NCBI GenBank assembly: GCA_042217345.1 | Contig: JBDGSW010000154.1 | Location: 1 to 52,577 of the forward strand | Source of the DNA: Haloarculaceae archaeon | GTDB lineage: Archaea; Halobacteriota; Halobacteria; Halobacteriales; Haloarculaceae | Direction: 5' to 3' | Length of the DNA stretch: 52,577 bases | Shown here: one piece after another, positions 1-8,238 of the stretch | Layout of the letters: the number at the start of each line of letters is the position of its first letter | How positions within the stretch are numbered: position 1 is the first letter of the stretch | Made by a program: the position numbers and the translations under genes | Notes under the pieces: model-generated | What the model saw: the letters and a program-made list of their open reading frames with translations, nothing else | Databases searched by the model: none | What the model was told of the DNA's origin: nothing

Positions 1-2
1 TC

Positions 3-503
3 CGCGCCGAGGACTACTGGATCGACCGCGTCCAGGAGAAGGTCGAGGCCGGCGACATCGAGATCATGCGAAACACCGAGGCCACCGAGATCCACGGCAC
101 GCCCGAGGACGGCGTCGACCACGTCGACCTCGTGCGCAACCCGGCGGGTCACCCGACCGACAAGCCCGACGACCCCGACACCGAGACCTTCGAGCTCGAC
201 GTCGGTGCAGTCTTCCTCGCCATCGGTCACACCCCCAACACGGACTTCCTCGAGGGGACGGGCGTCGAGATGGACGAGGACGGGTACCTCCGGACCGCAG
301 GCGGCCGCGGCGGCGGCCAGACCGAGACGGACGTCGAGGGCATCTTCGGCGCCGGCGACGTCGTCGACTACTACTACCAGCAGGCGATCACCGCCGGCGG
401 AATGGGCTCGAAGGCCGCCATCGACGCCGACGAGTACCTCGAGTCCCACGTCACGGCGTCGGCCGGCGAGACCGAGGCGACGAGCGCCGAAGCCGACGAC
501 TGA
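3..503 (+). CDS. trxB: Thioredoxin reductase (NAD(P)/FAD-dependent oxidoreductase), 5'-truncated by window edge
   Basis: Frame is open from base 3 (RAEDYWIDRV...). C-terminal motifs VFLAIGHTPNT, T.VEGIFGAGDV and QAITAGGMG..AA are typical of TrxB. Confidence 0.9.
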   Translation, partial: RAEDYWIDRVQEKVEAGDIEIMRNTEATEIHGTPEDGVDHVDLVRNPAGHPTDKPDDPDTETFELDVGAVFLAIGHTPNTDFLEGTGVEMDEDGYLRTAGGRGGGQTETDVEGIFGAGDVVDYYYQQAITAGGMGSKAAIDADEYLESHVTASAGETEATSAEADD

Positions 504-584
504 CGCGAGGCGCTCCCGGCGACGCTTCTCTCGGCCCGGGAATCGGGGCTAATTTACAAGCGACTGGCAGGTGAACCCTCGGCC

Positions 585-1490
585 GTGACCGCAATCGAGG
601 CCGAGGGCCTGACCAAGTACTACGGCGACGTCCGCGGCATCGAGGACCTCAGCTTCGCCGTCGAGGACGGCGAGATCTTCGGCTACCTCGGCCCGAACGG
701 CGCCGGTAAGACTACGACGATCCGGACGCTGCTGGGATTTCTGCACCCGACGGGCGGCCGGGCGCGCGTCCTCGGCGTCGACGTGACCGACGAGGCGGCG
801 CTGGGCGACGCCAAGCGCCGGATCGGGTACCTCCCGAGCGATCCCGCGCTCGACGAGGGCGCACGCGGCCGGGAGGTGATCGCCCTCCACGCCGACCTGA
901 AGGGCGACGCCCGCAGCCAGGAGCTGCTCGAGACCTTCGACGCGCCGGTCGACCGCCGCATCGGCGAGTACTCGCGGGGCAACCGCCAGAAGCTCGCGAT
1001 CGTGCTGGCGTTCATGCACGACCCGGAGCTGGTGATCATGGGCGAGCCAACCAGCGGGCTGGACCCGCTGCTCCAGGAGCGCTTCTACGAGTTCCTCGCC
1101 GCCGAGCAGGACCGCGGAACGACGGTGTTTTTCTCCAGTCACGTCCTCAGCGAGGTCCGGCGGGTCTGCGACCGGGTGGGCATCGTCCGCGACGGCCGCT
1201 TCGTGACCGTCGAGTCCGTCGCGGACCTGCTGGCGCGCAGCGGCAAACACGTCCGCGTGGTGGTCGACGAGGACGTCGCTCCCGACGACTTCGACCTGCC
1301 CGGGGTCCACGACGTCACCGTCGACGGCACCGTCTCGTTCACGTTCACCGGCGAGTACGACCAGTTGCTCGACCGCCTGCAGTCGTTCCACGTCCAGGAT
1401 TTCGAGATCGAGGAGGCGCCCCTGGAGGACGTGTTCATGCGCTTTTACGGCGAGGACGGATCGCGGGGCGCGGAGGCCGCCGATGCTTGA
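585..1490 (+). CDS. ABC-2 type transporter ATP-binding protein
   Basis: Walker A GPNGAGKTT, signature YSRGNRQK, H-loop SSH. Walker B reads LVIMGEP instead of ...DEP. Confidence 0.9.
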   Translation: MTAIEAEGLTKYYGDVRGIEDLSFAVEDGEIFGYLGPNGAGKTTTIRTLLGFLHPTGGRARVLGVDVTDEAALGDAKRRIGYLPSDPALDEGARGREVIALHADLKGDARSQELLETFDAPVDRRIGEYSRGNRQKLAIVLAFMHDPELVIMGEPTSGLDPLLQERFYEFLAAEQDRGTTVFFSSHVLSEVRRVCDRVGIVRDGRFVTVESVADLLARSGKHVRVVVDEDVAPDDFDLPGVHDVTVDGTVSFTFTGEYDQLLDRLQSFHVQDFEIEEAPLEDVFMRFYGEDGSRGAEAADA

Positions 1491-2274
1491 ACTGGCGAGC
1501 TACGAGACGCGGCGGCGTTGGCGCGGGACGGCCGCCCTCGCCGTCATGCTCGCCGCGCTCGCGGCGCTGATGGTCGCGTTCTTCCCGAGCGTGCAGGCCT
1601 CCGGCGTCGACTTCGAGACGTACGTCGCGTCGATGCCGCCGGCCTTCCGGGCGGCCTTCGGCGTCGAGGCCATGACGACGATCGGCGGCTTCCTCGCCAC
1701 CGAGCTGTACCAGTTCGCTTGGGTGTTGCTGCTCGGGCTGTACTTCGCGTACCTCGCTGGCGGGGTCGTGGCGAGCGACGTCGAGCGCGGCCGGATGGAC
1801 CTGCTGCTCTCGACGCCGATCTCGCGGCGGCGCGTGGTCGCCGAGAAGTTCCTCTCCCTGCTTGCGCCGATGGTCGCCGTCAACGTCGTCGGCGCCGTCG
1901 TCGTCTACGCCGGCACGGTCGCCGTCGGCGATCCCATCGACGTCATCGACCTGACGATGGTGCATGTGCTGTCGCTGCCGTACCTGCTGGCCTGCGCTGC
2001 GATCGGGCTCGTGTTCTCGGTGGCGCTGCACCGCGCGGACACGGCCCAGCGCGGGGCTCTCGGGCTGCTCTTCGCGCTCTTTCTCGTCGATTCGGTGTCG
2101 GTCAGCTCCGACTACGACTGGGCGGGCGCGCTCTCGCCGACCCGGTACTACGACCCGACGGCGATCCTCGTCCGCGGCGAGTACGACTGGACGGGCGCGG
2201 CGATTCTGCTGCTCGCCGCGGTGGCCCTCGTACTCTTCGCCCGCGAGTACTTCCAGCGAGTCGACGTGGAGTGA
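1483..2274 (+). CDS. ABC-2 type transporter permease
   Basis: About 6 hydrophobic segments, motif E.GRMDLLLSTPISR; overlaps the ATPase stop. Confidence 0.88.
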   Translation: MLELASYETRRRWRGTAALAVMLAALAALMVAFFPSVQASGVDFETYVASMPPAFRAAFGVEAMTTIGGFLATELYQFAWVLLLGLYFAYLAGGVVASDVERGRMDLLLSTPISRRRVVAEKFLSLLAPMVAVNVVGAVVVYAGTVAVGDPIDVIDLTMVHVLSLPYLLACAAIGLVFSVALHRADTAQRGALGLLFALFLVDSVSVSSDYDWAGALSPTRYYDPTAILVRGEYDWTGAAILLLAAVALVLFAREYFQRVDVE

Positions 2275-2354
2275 GTCGCCCGGGCGACCGTGCCGGCCCC
2301 GGCGCCGGATCGCGGACCCAACAGATGCTTTAGGGCCCTTCTCGAAGGGAGCCC

Positions 2355-2642
2355 ATGGCAGACGAGACTGTGACACTCGAGATCGCGAGCGAGGGCGGCG
2401 AGAGCGACGAGCTGACCGTGCCGGCCGTGGTCCTGGACATGCTCCGCGAGGAGGGCGACAGCGACCCGGAGATCATCGGCGACATCGCGATGCTCGGGCT
2501 GGCCCAGCGGATCCACGGCGCGATCCACCACGCCCAGGGCGAGCCCAGCCAGCAGATCAAAGACGCCGAGGACGTCACAAACGAGCTGTTCGAGGAGCGC
2601 TTCGGCCAGAGCTTCGGCGAGATGACCGGCCACCAGCACTGA
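2355..2642 (+). CDS. Small acidic hypothetical protein (haloarchaeal type)
   Basis: 95 aa, acidic, host-like codon usage, TTTAGG TATA-like element about 25 bp upstream, C-terminal FEERFGQSFGEMTGHQH. Confidence 0.75.
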   Translation: MADETVTLEIASEGGESDELTVPAVVLDMLREEGDSDPEIIGDIAMLGLAQRIHGAIHHAQGEPSQQIKDAEDVTNELFEERFGQSFGEMTGHQH

Positions 2643-2654
2643 GCCGGTACCTTC

Positions 2655-3317
2655 TCAGGGGACGTCCCACCGCAGGAGGACCCCCTCGTCCAGCCGCTCG
2701 ACGTCGCGCAGCGACAGCTGGGGGAAGTCCTCGGTGAAGCCGTCGCCGTCGGCCAGCGTCGGCGCGTCGCGGCCCCCGATGATCCTCGGGCCGACGAACA
2801 CGGACAGCTCGTCGACCAGGTCCGCCTCGAACAGCGAGAAGATGAGCTCGCCGCCGCCCTCGACCATCAGCTGGTCGATCCCCTCGCCTTCGAGCTTGGC
2901 GAGGGCGGTCGTCGGCTCGACGCGCTCCTCGCCGGTGGCGATGACGGTCGCGCCGGCGGCCTCCATCTGCTCGACGAAGTCCGTCGGCGCGGCCTGGCTG
3001 ACGAGCAGGTAGGTCAGCGCCTCGTCGTCGAGGACGCGGGCGTCCGGCGGCGTGCGGACGCGCGAATCAGCGACGACCCGGGCGGGATTGGCGGGCTCGC
3101 CCGCGGCTTCGCGCTCGGCGCGGCGGTCGGGGTCGTCCACCGTCAGCGAGGGGTCGTCGGCCAGCACGGTGCCGACGCCGACCATCACGGCGTCGCTCTC
3201 GGCGCGCAGGCGGTCGACCCGCTCGAAGTCGGCCGGCCCGCTGATCTCGATCTGCGTGCGTTCGCGTGACGACAGCTTCCCGTCGGCGCTCATGGCGGCG
3301 TTGACGACGACCCGCAT
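2655..3317 (-). CDS. 2,5-diamino-6-(ribosylamino)-4(3H)-pyrimidinone 5'-phosphate reductase (RibD_C family, riboflavin/F420 precursor pathway)
   Basis: MRVVVNAAMSADGK, DAVMVGVGTVLADDPSL, LMVEGGG and IIGG.DAPT motifs; start moved to ATG 3317. Confidence 0.9.
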   Translation of the reverse strand: MRVVVNAAMSADGKLSSRERTQIEISGPADFERVDRLRAESDAVMVGVGTVLADDPSLTVDDPDRRAEREAAGEPANPARVVADSRVRTPPDARVLDDEALTYLLVSQAAPTDFVEQMEAAGATVIATGEERVEPTTALAKLEGEGIDQLMVEGGGELIFSLFEADLVDELSVFVGPRIIGGRDAPTLADGDGFTEDFPQLSLRDVERLDEGVLLRWDVP

Positions 3318-3422
3318 GGCCGCTCGTTCCCACCCGTCGCCCAACCGTGTTTCGGTGCGCGGGCGGGGTCTGGACCCACGCGTAGGTATATCCGGGCGGC
3401 CGTGGACGTTGCGGGCAGAGCA

Positions 3423-4454
3423 ATGCGCGAACGCATTCGGTCGGCGGGCAGGCCGCTCCTGCTCGTCCTGGTGGTGGCGCTGGTGGTCGTGCCTGGGGTG
3501 GCGGCGGCCGAGGATCGGACGGGCAACACGGTCGTCGTCGAGCGCGGCGAGACCGTCACCGGCGACCTGAACGCCTTCGGCGGGAGCGTGATCGTCCGCG
3601 GGACGGTCACCGGCGACCTCAACGCCGCCGGCGGGAACGTCCGCATCGACGGCCGGGTCGACGGCAACGTCAACGCCGCGGGCGGCGACGTGACGCTCGG
3701 TCCGGACGGCCGCGTCGGCGGCAACTTCAACGCCGGCGCCAGCAGCGTGCTCGTGGCCGGGCGGATCGGCGGTAACGCCGAGATCGGCGCCGACCGCATC
3801 ACCCTGGCCGACACCGCGCGCGTCGACGGCAACCTGCGCTACGACGGGACGCTGGTCCGCCGCGACGGCGCCGTCGTCGGCGGGACGGTCTCGCAGGGCG
3901 CGTCCGTCCAGGGCCCCGTCGCCGGCCCGTTCGTCCCGGGGTGGGTCTTCGACGTCTACGGGTTCCTGGCGAACGCCGTGCTAGGGATCGTCCTCCTGGG
4001 GCTGCTGCCGGCGTTCTCGGGGCGGGTGACCGAGCGGGCGCTCGACGAGCCGCTGTACAGCGGCGGGGTCAGTCTGCTGGCCATGATCGGGATCCCGATC
4101 GTGCTCGCGTTGATCGCGATCACGATCATCGGCATCCCCGTCGCGCTGCTTGGCTTCGGCCTGTTCGCGCTGTTCGTCTGGGTCGGTGCGGTCTACGGCC
4201 GCATCGCGGTCGGCACCTGGCTGCTCGAACAGGTCGACGCCGAGAACAAGTGGCTGGCGCTGCTGGTCGGGCTGCTCGCGCTGGCCGTCCTCACGCGGGT
4301 CCCGTTCGTCGGCTGGCTGTTCGAGTTGGGTGCCTTCCTGCTGGGCTTCGGCGCGCTCGCCTGGACGGTCTACCACCGGTACCGCGGTCGTCCCGGCGAG
4401 CCCGCTACGCCCGACCGCGACTTCGCTGACGACTCGGACGTGTCGGCGACCTAA
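3423..4454 (+). CDS. Membrane protein with polymer-forming (bactofilin-like) beta-helix repeats
   Basis: Signal peptide, repeated G.V.G(D/N)(L/V).A.GG.V.I.G units, then about 5 TM helices. Confidence 0.8.
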   Translation: MRERIRSAGRPLLLVLVVALVVVPGVAAAEDRTGNTVVVERGETVTGDLNAFGGSVIVRGTVTGDLNAAGGNVRIDGRVDGNVNAAGGDVTLGPDGRVGGNFNAGASSVLVAGRIGGNAEIGADRITLADTARVDGNLRYDGTLVRRDGAVVGGTVSQGASVQGPVAGPFVPGWVFDVYGFLANAVLGIVLLGLLPAFSGRVTERALDEPLYSGGVSLLAMIGIPIVLALIAITIIGIPVALLGFGLFALFVWVGAVYGRIAVGTWLLEQVDAENKWLALLVGLLALAVLTRVPFVGWLFELGAFLLGFGALAWTVYHRYRGRPGEPATPDRDFADDSDVSAT

Positions 4455-4523
4455 GCCCGCGATCGACTCGAGGGTCGGCCCGACGGCAACGATTTTTGTA
4501 CCGTCCCTCCCAACCCACGCCCG

Positions 4524-5795
4524 ATGGAACTCGACGATCATGCCGAGGAACTCGCCTCCGACCTCGGCGTCGACAAAGAGGAGGTCAAAGCCGACCTGCA
4601 GAACCTGGTGAACTACAGCGTCCCGATGGACGAGGCCAAACAGAGCCTCCGCCGGAAGTACGGTGACGGCTCTGCGGGTGGCGGCGCGCCCAGCGCCGTC
4701 GACGTCGCCGACGTCTCGACCGAGGACTCCTCGGTCACGGTCACTGCGACCGTCCTCACCGTCGGGAAGCGCCCGATCAACTACCGCGGGGAGGACCACG
4801 TCATCTTCGAGGGCGAACTCGCAGACGAGACGGGCAAGCTCTCCTACACCGCCTGGGAGGACTTCGCCCTCGAGCCCGGCGAGACCATCCGCGCCGGCAA
4901 CGCCGGCGTCCGCGAGTGGGAGGGCGAACCCGAGCTCAACCTCGGCGAGAGCACGGACGTCGAGCGCGTCGACGAGGACCTCGCCATCGAGTACCCGATC
5001 GGCGGGGACGCCGCCCTCGCCGACCTCTCGCCGGGCGACCGCGGCGTCACCCTCGACGTGCTGGTCCTGGAGTGCGAGTCGAAGGTGATCGACGGCCGCG
5101 ACGGCGAGACCGAGATCCTCAGCGGCACGCTCGCCGACGAGTCCGCACGGCTCCCGTTCACCGACTGGGAGCCCCGCCCCGGCGTCGAGGAGGGGGCCTC
5201 GATCCGCGTCGAGAACGCCTACGTTCGGGAGTTCCGTGGCGTCCCTTCAGTGAACTTCTCGGAGTTCTCGACGGTCGAGGCGCTCGACGCGCCGGTCGAG
5301 GCCCGCGACGAGCCCGAGCGCATGGCCGTCCGCGACGCCGTCGAGCGCGGCGGCGCCTACGACGTCGAGCTCGCCGGCAACGTCATCGCCATCCGCGACG
5401 GGTCGGGGCTCATCCAGCGCTGCCCCGAGTGCGGGCGCGTCATCCAGAAGGGCCAGTGCCGCAGCCACGGCGCGGTCGAGGGCCAGGACGACCTCCGGAC
5501 GAAGGCCATCCTCGACGACGGCACGGGCACCGTGACGGTCGTCCTCGACGACGAGCTAACCGCCAAGGTGTACGGCGGTGACCTCGAGGACGCCAGGGAA
5601 CACGCCCGCGACGCGATGGACCAGGCCGTCGTCGCCGAGACGATCGGCGAGCGCATCGTCGGCCACGAGTACCGCGTACGCGGGTCGCTGTCGGTCGACG
5701 AGTACGGTGCGAACCTCGACGCCAGCGAGTTCGCCCGCAGCGACGACGACCCGGCGACCCGCGCCCGCGACCTGCTCGCGGAGGTCGCCCGATGA
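4524..5795 (+). CDS. rpa1: Replication protein A (ssDNA-binding protein, three OB folds plus Zn finger; Rpa1/RpaA1 type)
   Basis: Three OB-fold repeats (LADETG, LADESA, LDDGTG) and a CPEC...CRSH Zn finger; followed by rpap and phosphoesterase as in the known haloarchaeal rpa1 operon. Confidence 0.88.
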   Translation: MELDDHAEELASDLGVDKEEVKADLQNLVNYSVPMDEAKQSLRRKYGDGSAGGGAPSAVDVADVSTEDSSVTVTATVLTVGKRPINYRGEDHVIFEGELADETGKLSYTAWEDFALEPGETIRAGNAGVREWEGEPELNLGESTDVERVDEDLAIEYPIGGDAALADLSPGDRGVTLDVLVLECESKVIDGRDGETEILSGTLADESARLPFTDWEPRPGVEEGASIRVENAYVREFRGVPSVNFSEFSTVEALDAPVEARDEPERMAVRDAVERGGAYDVELAGNVIAIRDGSGLIQRCPECGRVIQKGQCRSHGAVEGQDDLRTKAILDDGTGTVTVVLDDELTAKVYGGDLEDAREHARDAMDQAVVAETIGERIVGHEYRVRGSLSVDEYGANLDASEFARSDDDPATRARDLLAEVAR

Positions 5796-7417
5796 GCGCC
5801 GGCGACGACGAACAGGGCGGTGCGGGCCGCCGCGAGGTCGCCTGGCGCGTGTTCGCCGCCGAGTACGACGACGCCGACTTCTCCTATTCGGAGAGCGACG
5901 AGGAGCGCGCGCCGAACTACGTCGTCACACCGACCGGTGCACGGGTCAACCGCCTGTTCGTCGTCGGCGTGCTCACGGAGGTCGAGGAAGTCAACGAGGA
6001 AGTGCTGCGCGCCCGCGTGGTCGACCCCACGGGCGCGTTCGTCATCTACGCCGGCCAGTACCAGCCCGACGAACTCGCCTTCCTCGAGCGCGCCGAGCCG
6101 CCGGCGTTCGTCGCCGTCACCGGGAAGGCCCGCACCTTCCAGCCCGACGATTCGGAGGTCGTCTACACCTCGATCCGCCCGGAGAGCATCAACGAGGTCG
6201 ACGCCGAGACGCGCGACCGCTGGGTCGTCCAGACCACCCAACAGACCGTCGACCGCGTGACCACGTTCGCGACCGCGCTCGGTCGCGAGGAGCGCGGCGA
6301 CGAACTACGCGCCCTGCTCGCCGAGAACGGCGTCGACGAGGGCCTGGCATCGGGGATCGCCATGGCGATCGAGCACTACGGCTCGACCCCGACGTACCTG
6401 GGCGCCCTGCGCGAGACTGCGCTGGACGCCGCCCGGGTCGTCGCTGGCGACCGCGACGAGGTCGAATCCCTGTCCGTCGGCCCCGACGCCGAGGGCTCGA
6501 CCACGCTCGCGGACCTGCCGCAGCTGGACCTCGACGACGCGGGCCCGCGCCCGACGGCGACCGCGAGCGCCGGGGACGCCGCGACTGGGACCGACGCGAC
6601 GACCGAACCCGAAAGCGCGCCCACGGAGTCGACCGGGGAGACCCAGTCCGCCGAAACTGCCGATATCGAGTCCACCGAGACCGAATCCACCGGGACCGAG
6701 TCCACCGATATCGGGGCAACCGAGGCGGTCGAGGCGTCCGAGCCGGAACCGGCGGTCGTACCAGAACCCGAACCGGCGGCCGAGAACCCCGAACCGGTCG
6801 CGGACGCCGAATCAGAGCCCGCGACCGAGTCCGAACCCGAGCCAGAGCCCGAACCAGAGCCTGAACCGACGACCGCCGAGAGCGCAGAGCCCGAACCGGC
6901 AGCAGGCGGGGCGAGCTCGGCCGCGGACGGGGCCGATGACGACGACATCGGCGACTTCGAGCCCGGGGAGTTCGATCTGGACGACGACGAACGCGAGCGC
7001 ATCGAGGACGAGTTCGGCACCGAGTTCTCCACGGGGACCGAGGTCGAAGAGCCCGGCGAGGCCGGCATCGAGACCCCCGACCCCGAATCGGAACCCGCGA
7101 CCGAGGCCGAACCCGAGCCGGAACCGGAAGCAGACGCCGACGCGCAAGCGGAGCCCGAACCGGAAGCGGAGTCCGACCCTGAATCCGAAGACGACGAGGC
7201 GGCCGAGGCGGACGCGGCGGACGTCGACCTCGTGGAGGCGGTGATGGACGCGATGCGCGATCTGGACGACGGCGACGGGGCCGATCGCGACGGCGTGATC
7301 GCGACCGTCGTCGAGACCACGGGCGCGGACCCGGGCGACGTCGAGGACGCCGTCCAGGACGCGCTGATGGACGGCCGGTGTTACGAGCCCGACGAGGAGA
7401 CGCTCAAGCCCATCTGA
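5792..7417 (+). CDS. rpap1: RPA-associated protein (OB fold, long acidic linker, C-terminal winged-helix-like domain)
   Basis: RREVAWRVFAAE, NRLFVVGVLTEV, RARVVDPTGAF..YAGQYQP; C-terminal ALMDGRCYEP; ATGA overlap with rpa. Confidence 0.85.
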   Translation: MSAGDDEQGGAGRREVAWRVFAAEYDDADFSYSESDEERAPNYVVTPTGARVNRLFVVGVLTEVEEVNEEVLRARVVDPTGAFVIYAGQYQPDELAFLERAEPPAFVAVTGKARTFQPDDSEVVYTSIRPESINEVDAETRDRWVVQTTQQTVDRVTTFATALGREERGDELRALLAENGVDEGLASGIAMAIEHYGSTPTYLGALRETALDAARVVAGDRDEVESLSVGPDAEGSTTLADLPQLDLDDAGPRPTATASAGDAATGTDATTEPESAPTESTGETQSAETADIESTETESTGTESTDIGATEAVEASEPEPAVVPEPEPAAENPEPVADAESEPATESEPEPEPEPEPEPTTAESAEPEPAAGGASSAADGADDDDIGDFEPGEFDLDDDERERIEDEFGTEFSTGTEVEEPGEAGIETPDPESEPATEAEPEPEPEADADAQAEPEPEAESDPESEDDEAAEADAADVDLVEAVMDAMRDLDDGDGADRDGVIATVVETTGADPGDVEDAVQDALMDGRCYEPDEETLKPI

Positions 7418-8172
7418 TGGCCGTCGAACCGGTTCCCGGCGAGCCCGCCGCCGTCGCCGACCTCCCCGGCGAGCGCGCGCTCGTGATCGCCGACTACCAC
7501 GCGGGCATCGAGTTCGGCTTCCGCAAGGACGGCGTGGAGGTTCGCAGTCACTCCGGCGAGCGCCGCAACGCGGTGCTGGACCTGCTGGATCGCACCGGCG
7601 CCGACAGGCTGGTGGTCCTCGGCGACCTGGGTCACGACATCGGCGACCCCGGGCCGACCGAGCGCGAGGAGATCGACCGCCTGCTCGCCGACGTCACCGA
7701 CCGCGCGGCGGTCACGCTCGTGAAGGGCAACCACGACGGCGCCTTCGAGGACGTGGTGGCCGCAGCCGACGGGGACGTCGAGATCACGCCGAGTTTCGGG
7801 ACGCGGATCGGCGACGTCGGCTTCGCGCACGGCCACACCTGGCCCGCCCCGGACGTGCTCGCGGCGGACGTCCTCTGCGTCGGCCACGAGCACCCGATGG
7901 TCCGCCTCGAAGACGAAGTCGGCGGCGCTCGCGTCGAGCGCGCGTGGCTCCGCGGCGACCTCGCTGCCGAGCCCTTCGAGCAGTTTCACGACGCGGACCT
8001 CGCCGTCGAGGGCGAACTGGTCGTCTTTCCGGCGTTCAACGACCTCACCGGCGGGACGTGGATCAACGTCCCGGGCCAGTCCTTCCTCGCTCCCTTCCTC
8101 CCCGCGGGGCTGGCCGACGGGCAGGCGTACCTGCTGGACGGCACGCGGCTGGGCCCCTACGAGCAGGTGTGA
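7417..8172 (+). CDS. Calcineurin-like metallophosphoesterase (RPA-operon phosphoesterase)
   Basis: DYH, GDLGH, GNHD, HGH and GHEHP motifs; TGATG coupling to the rpap stop. Confidence 0.88.
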   Translation: MAVEPVPGEPAAVADLPGERALVIADYHAGIEFGFRKDGVEVRSHSGERRNAVLDLLDRTGADRLVVLGDLGHDIGDPGPTEREEIDRLLADVTDRAAVTLVKGNHDGAFEDVVAAADGDVEITPSFGTRIGDVGFAHGHTWPAPDVLAADVLCVGHEHPMVRLEDEVGGARVERAWLRGDLAAEPFEQFHDADLAVEGELVVFPAFNDLTGGTWINVPGQSFLAPFLPAGLADGQAYLLDGTRLGPYEQV

Positions 8173-8238
8173 GCGGCCGGCTCGGGGTCGAACGGCGAAA
8201 GCGGTGTCCTTAATCGGCTCGCTCCCCTGGTACCGTCG

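Noticed and set aside
6740-7190. GAACCC/GAGCCG hexamer-like repeats
   Set aside because: These encode Glu-Pro low-complexity protein sequence with synonymous variation; not an independent DNA repeat element.
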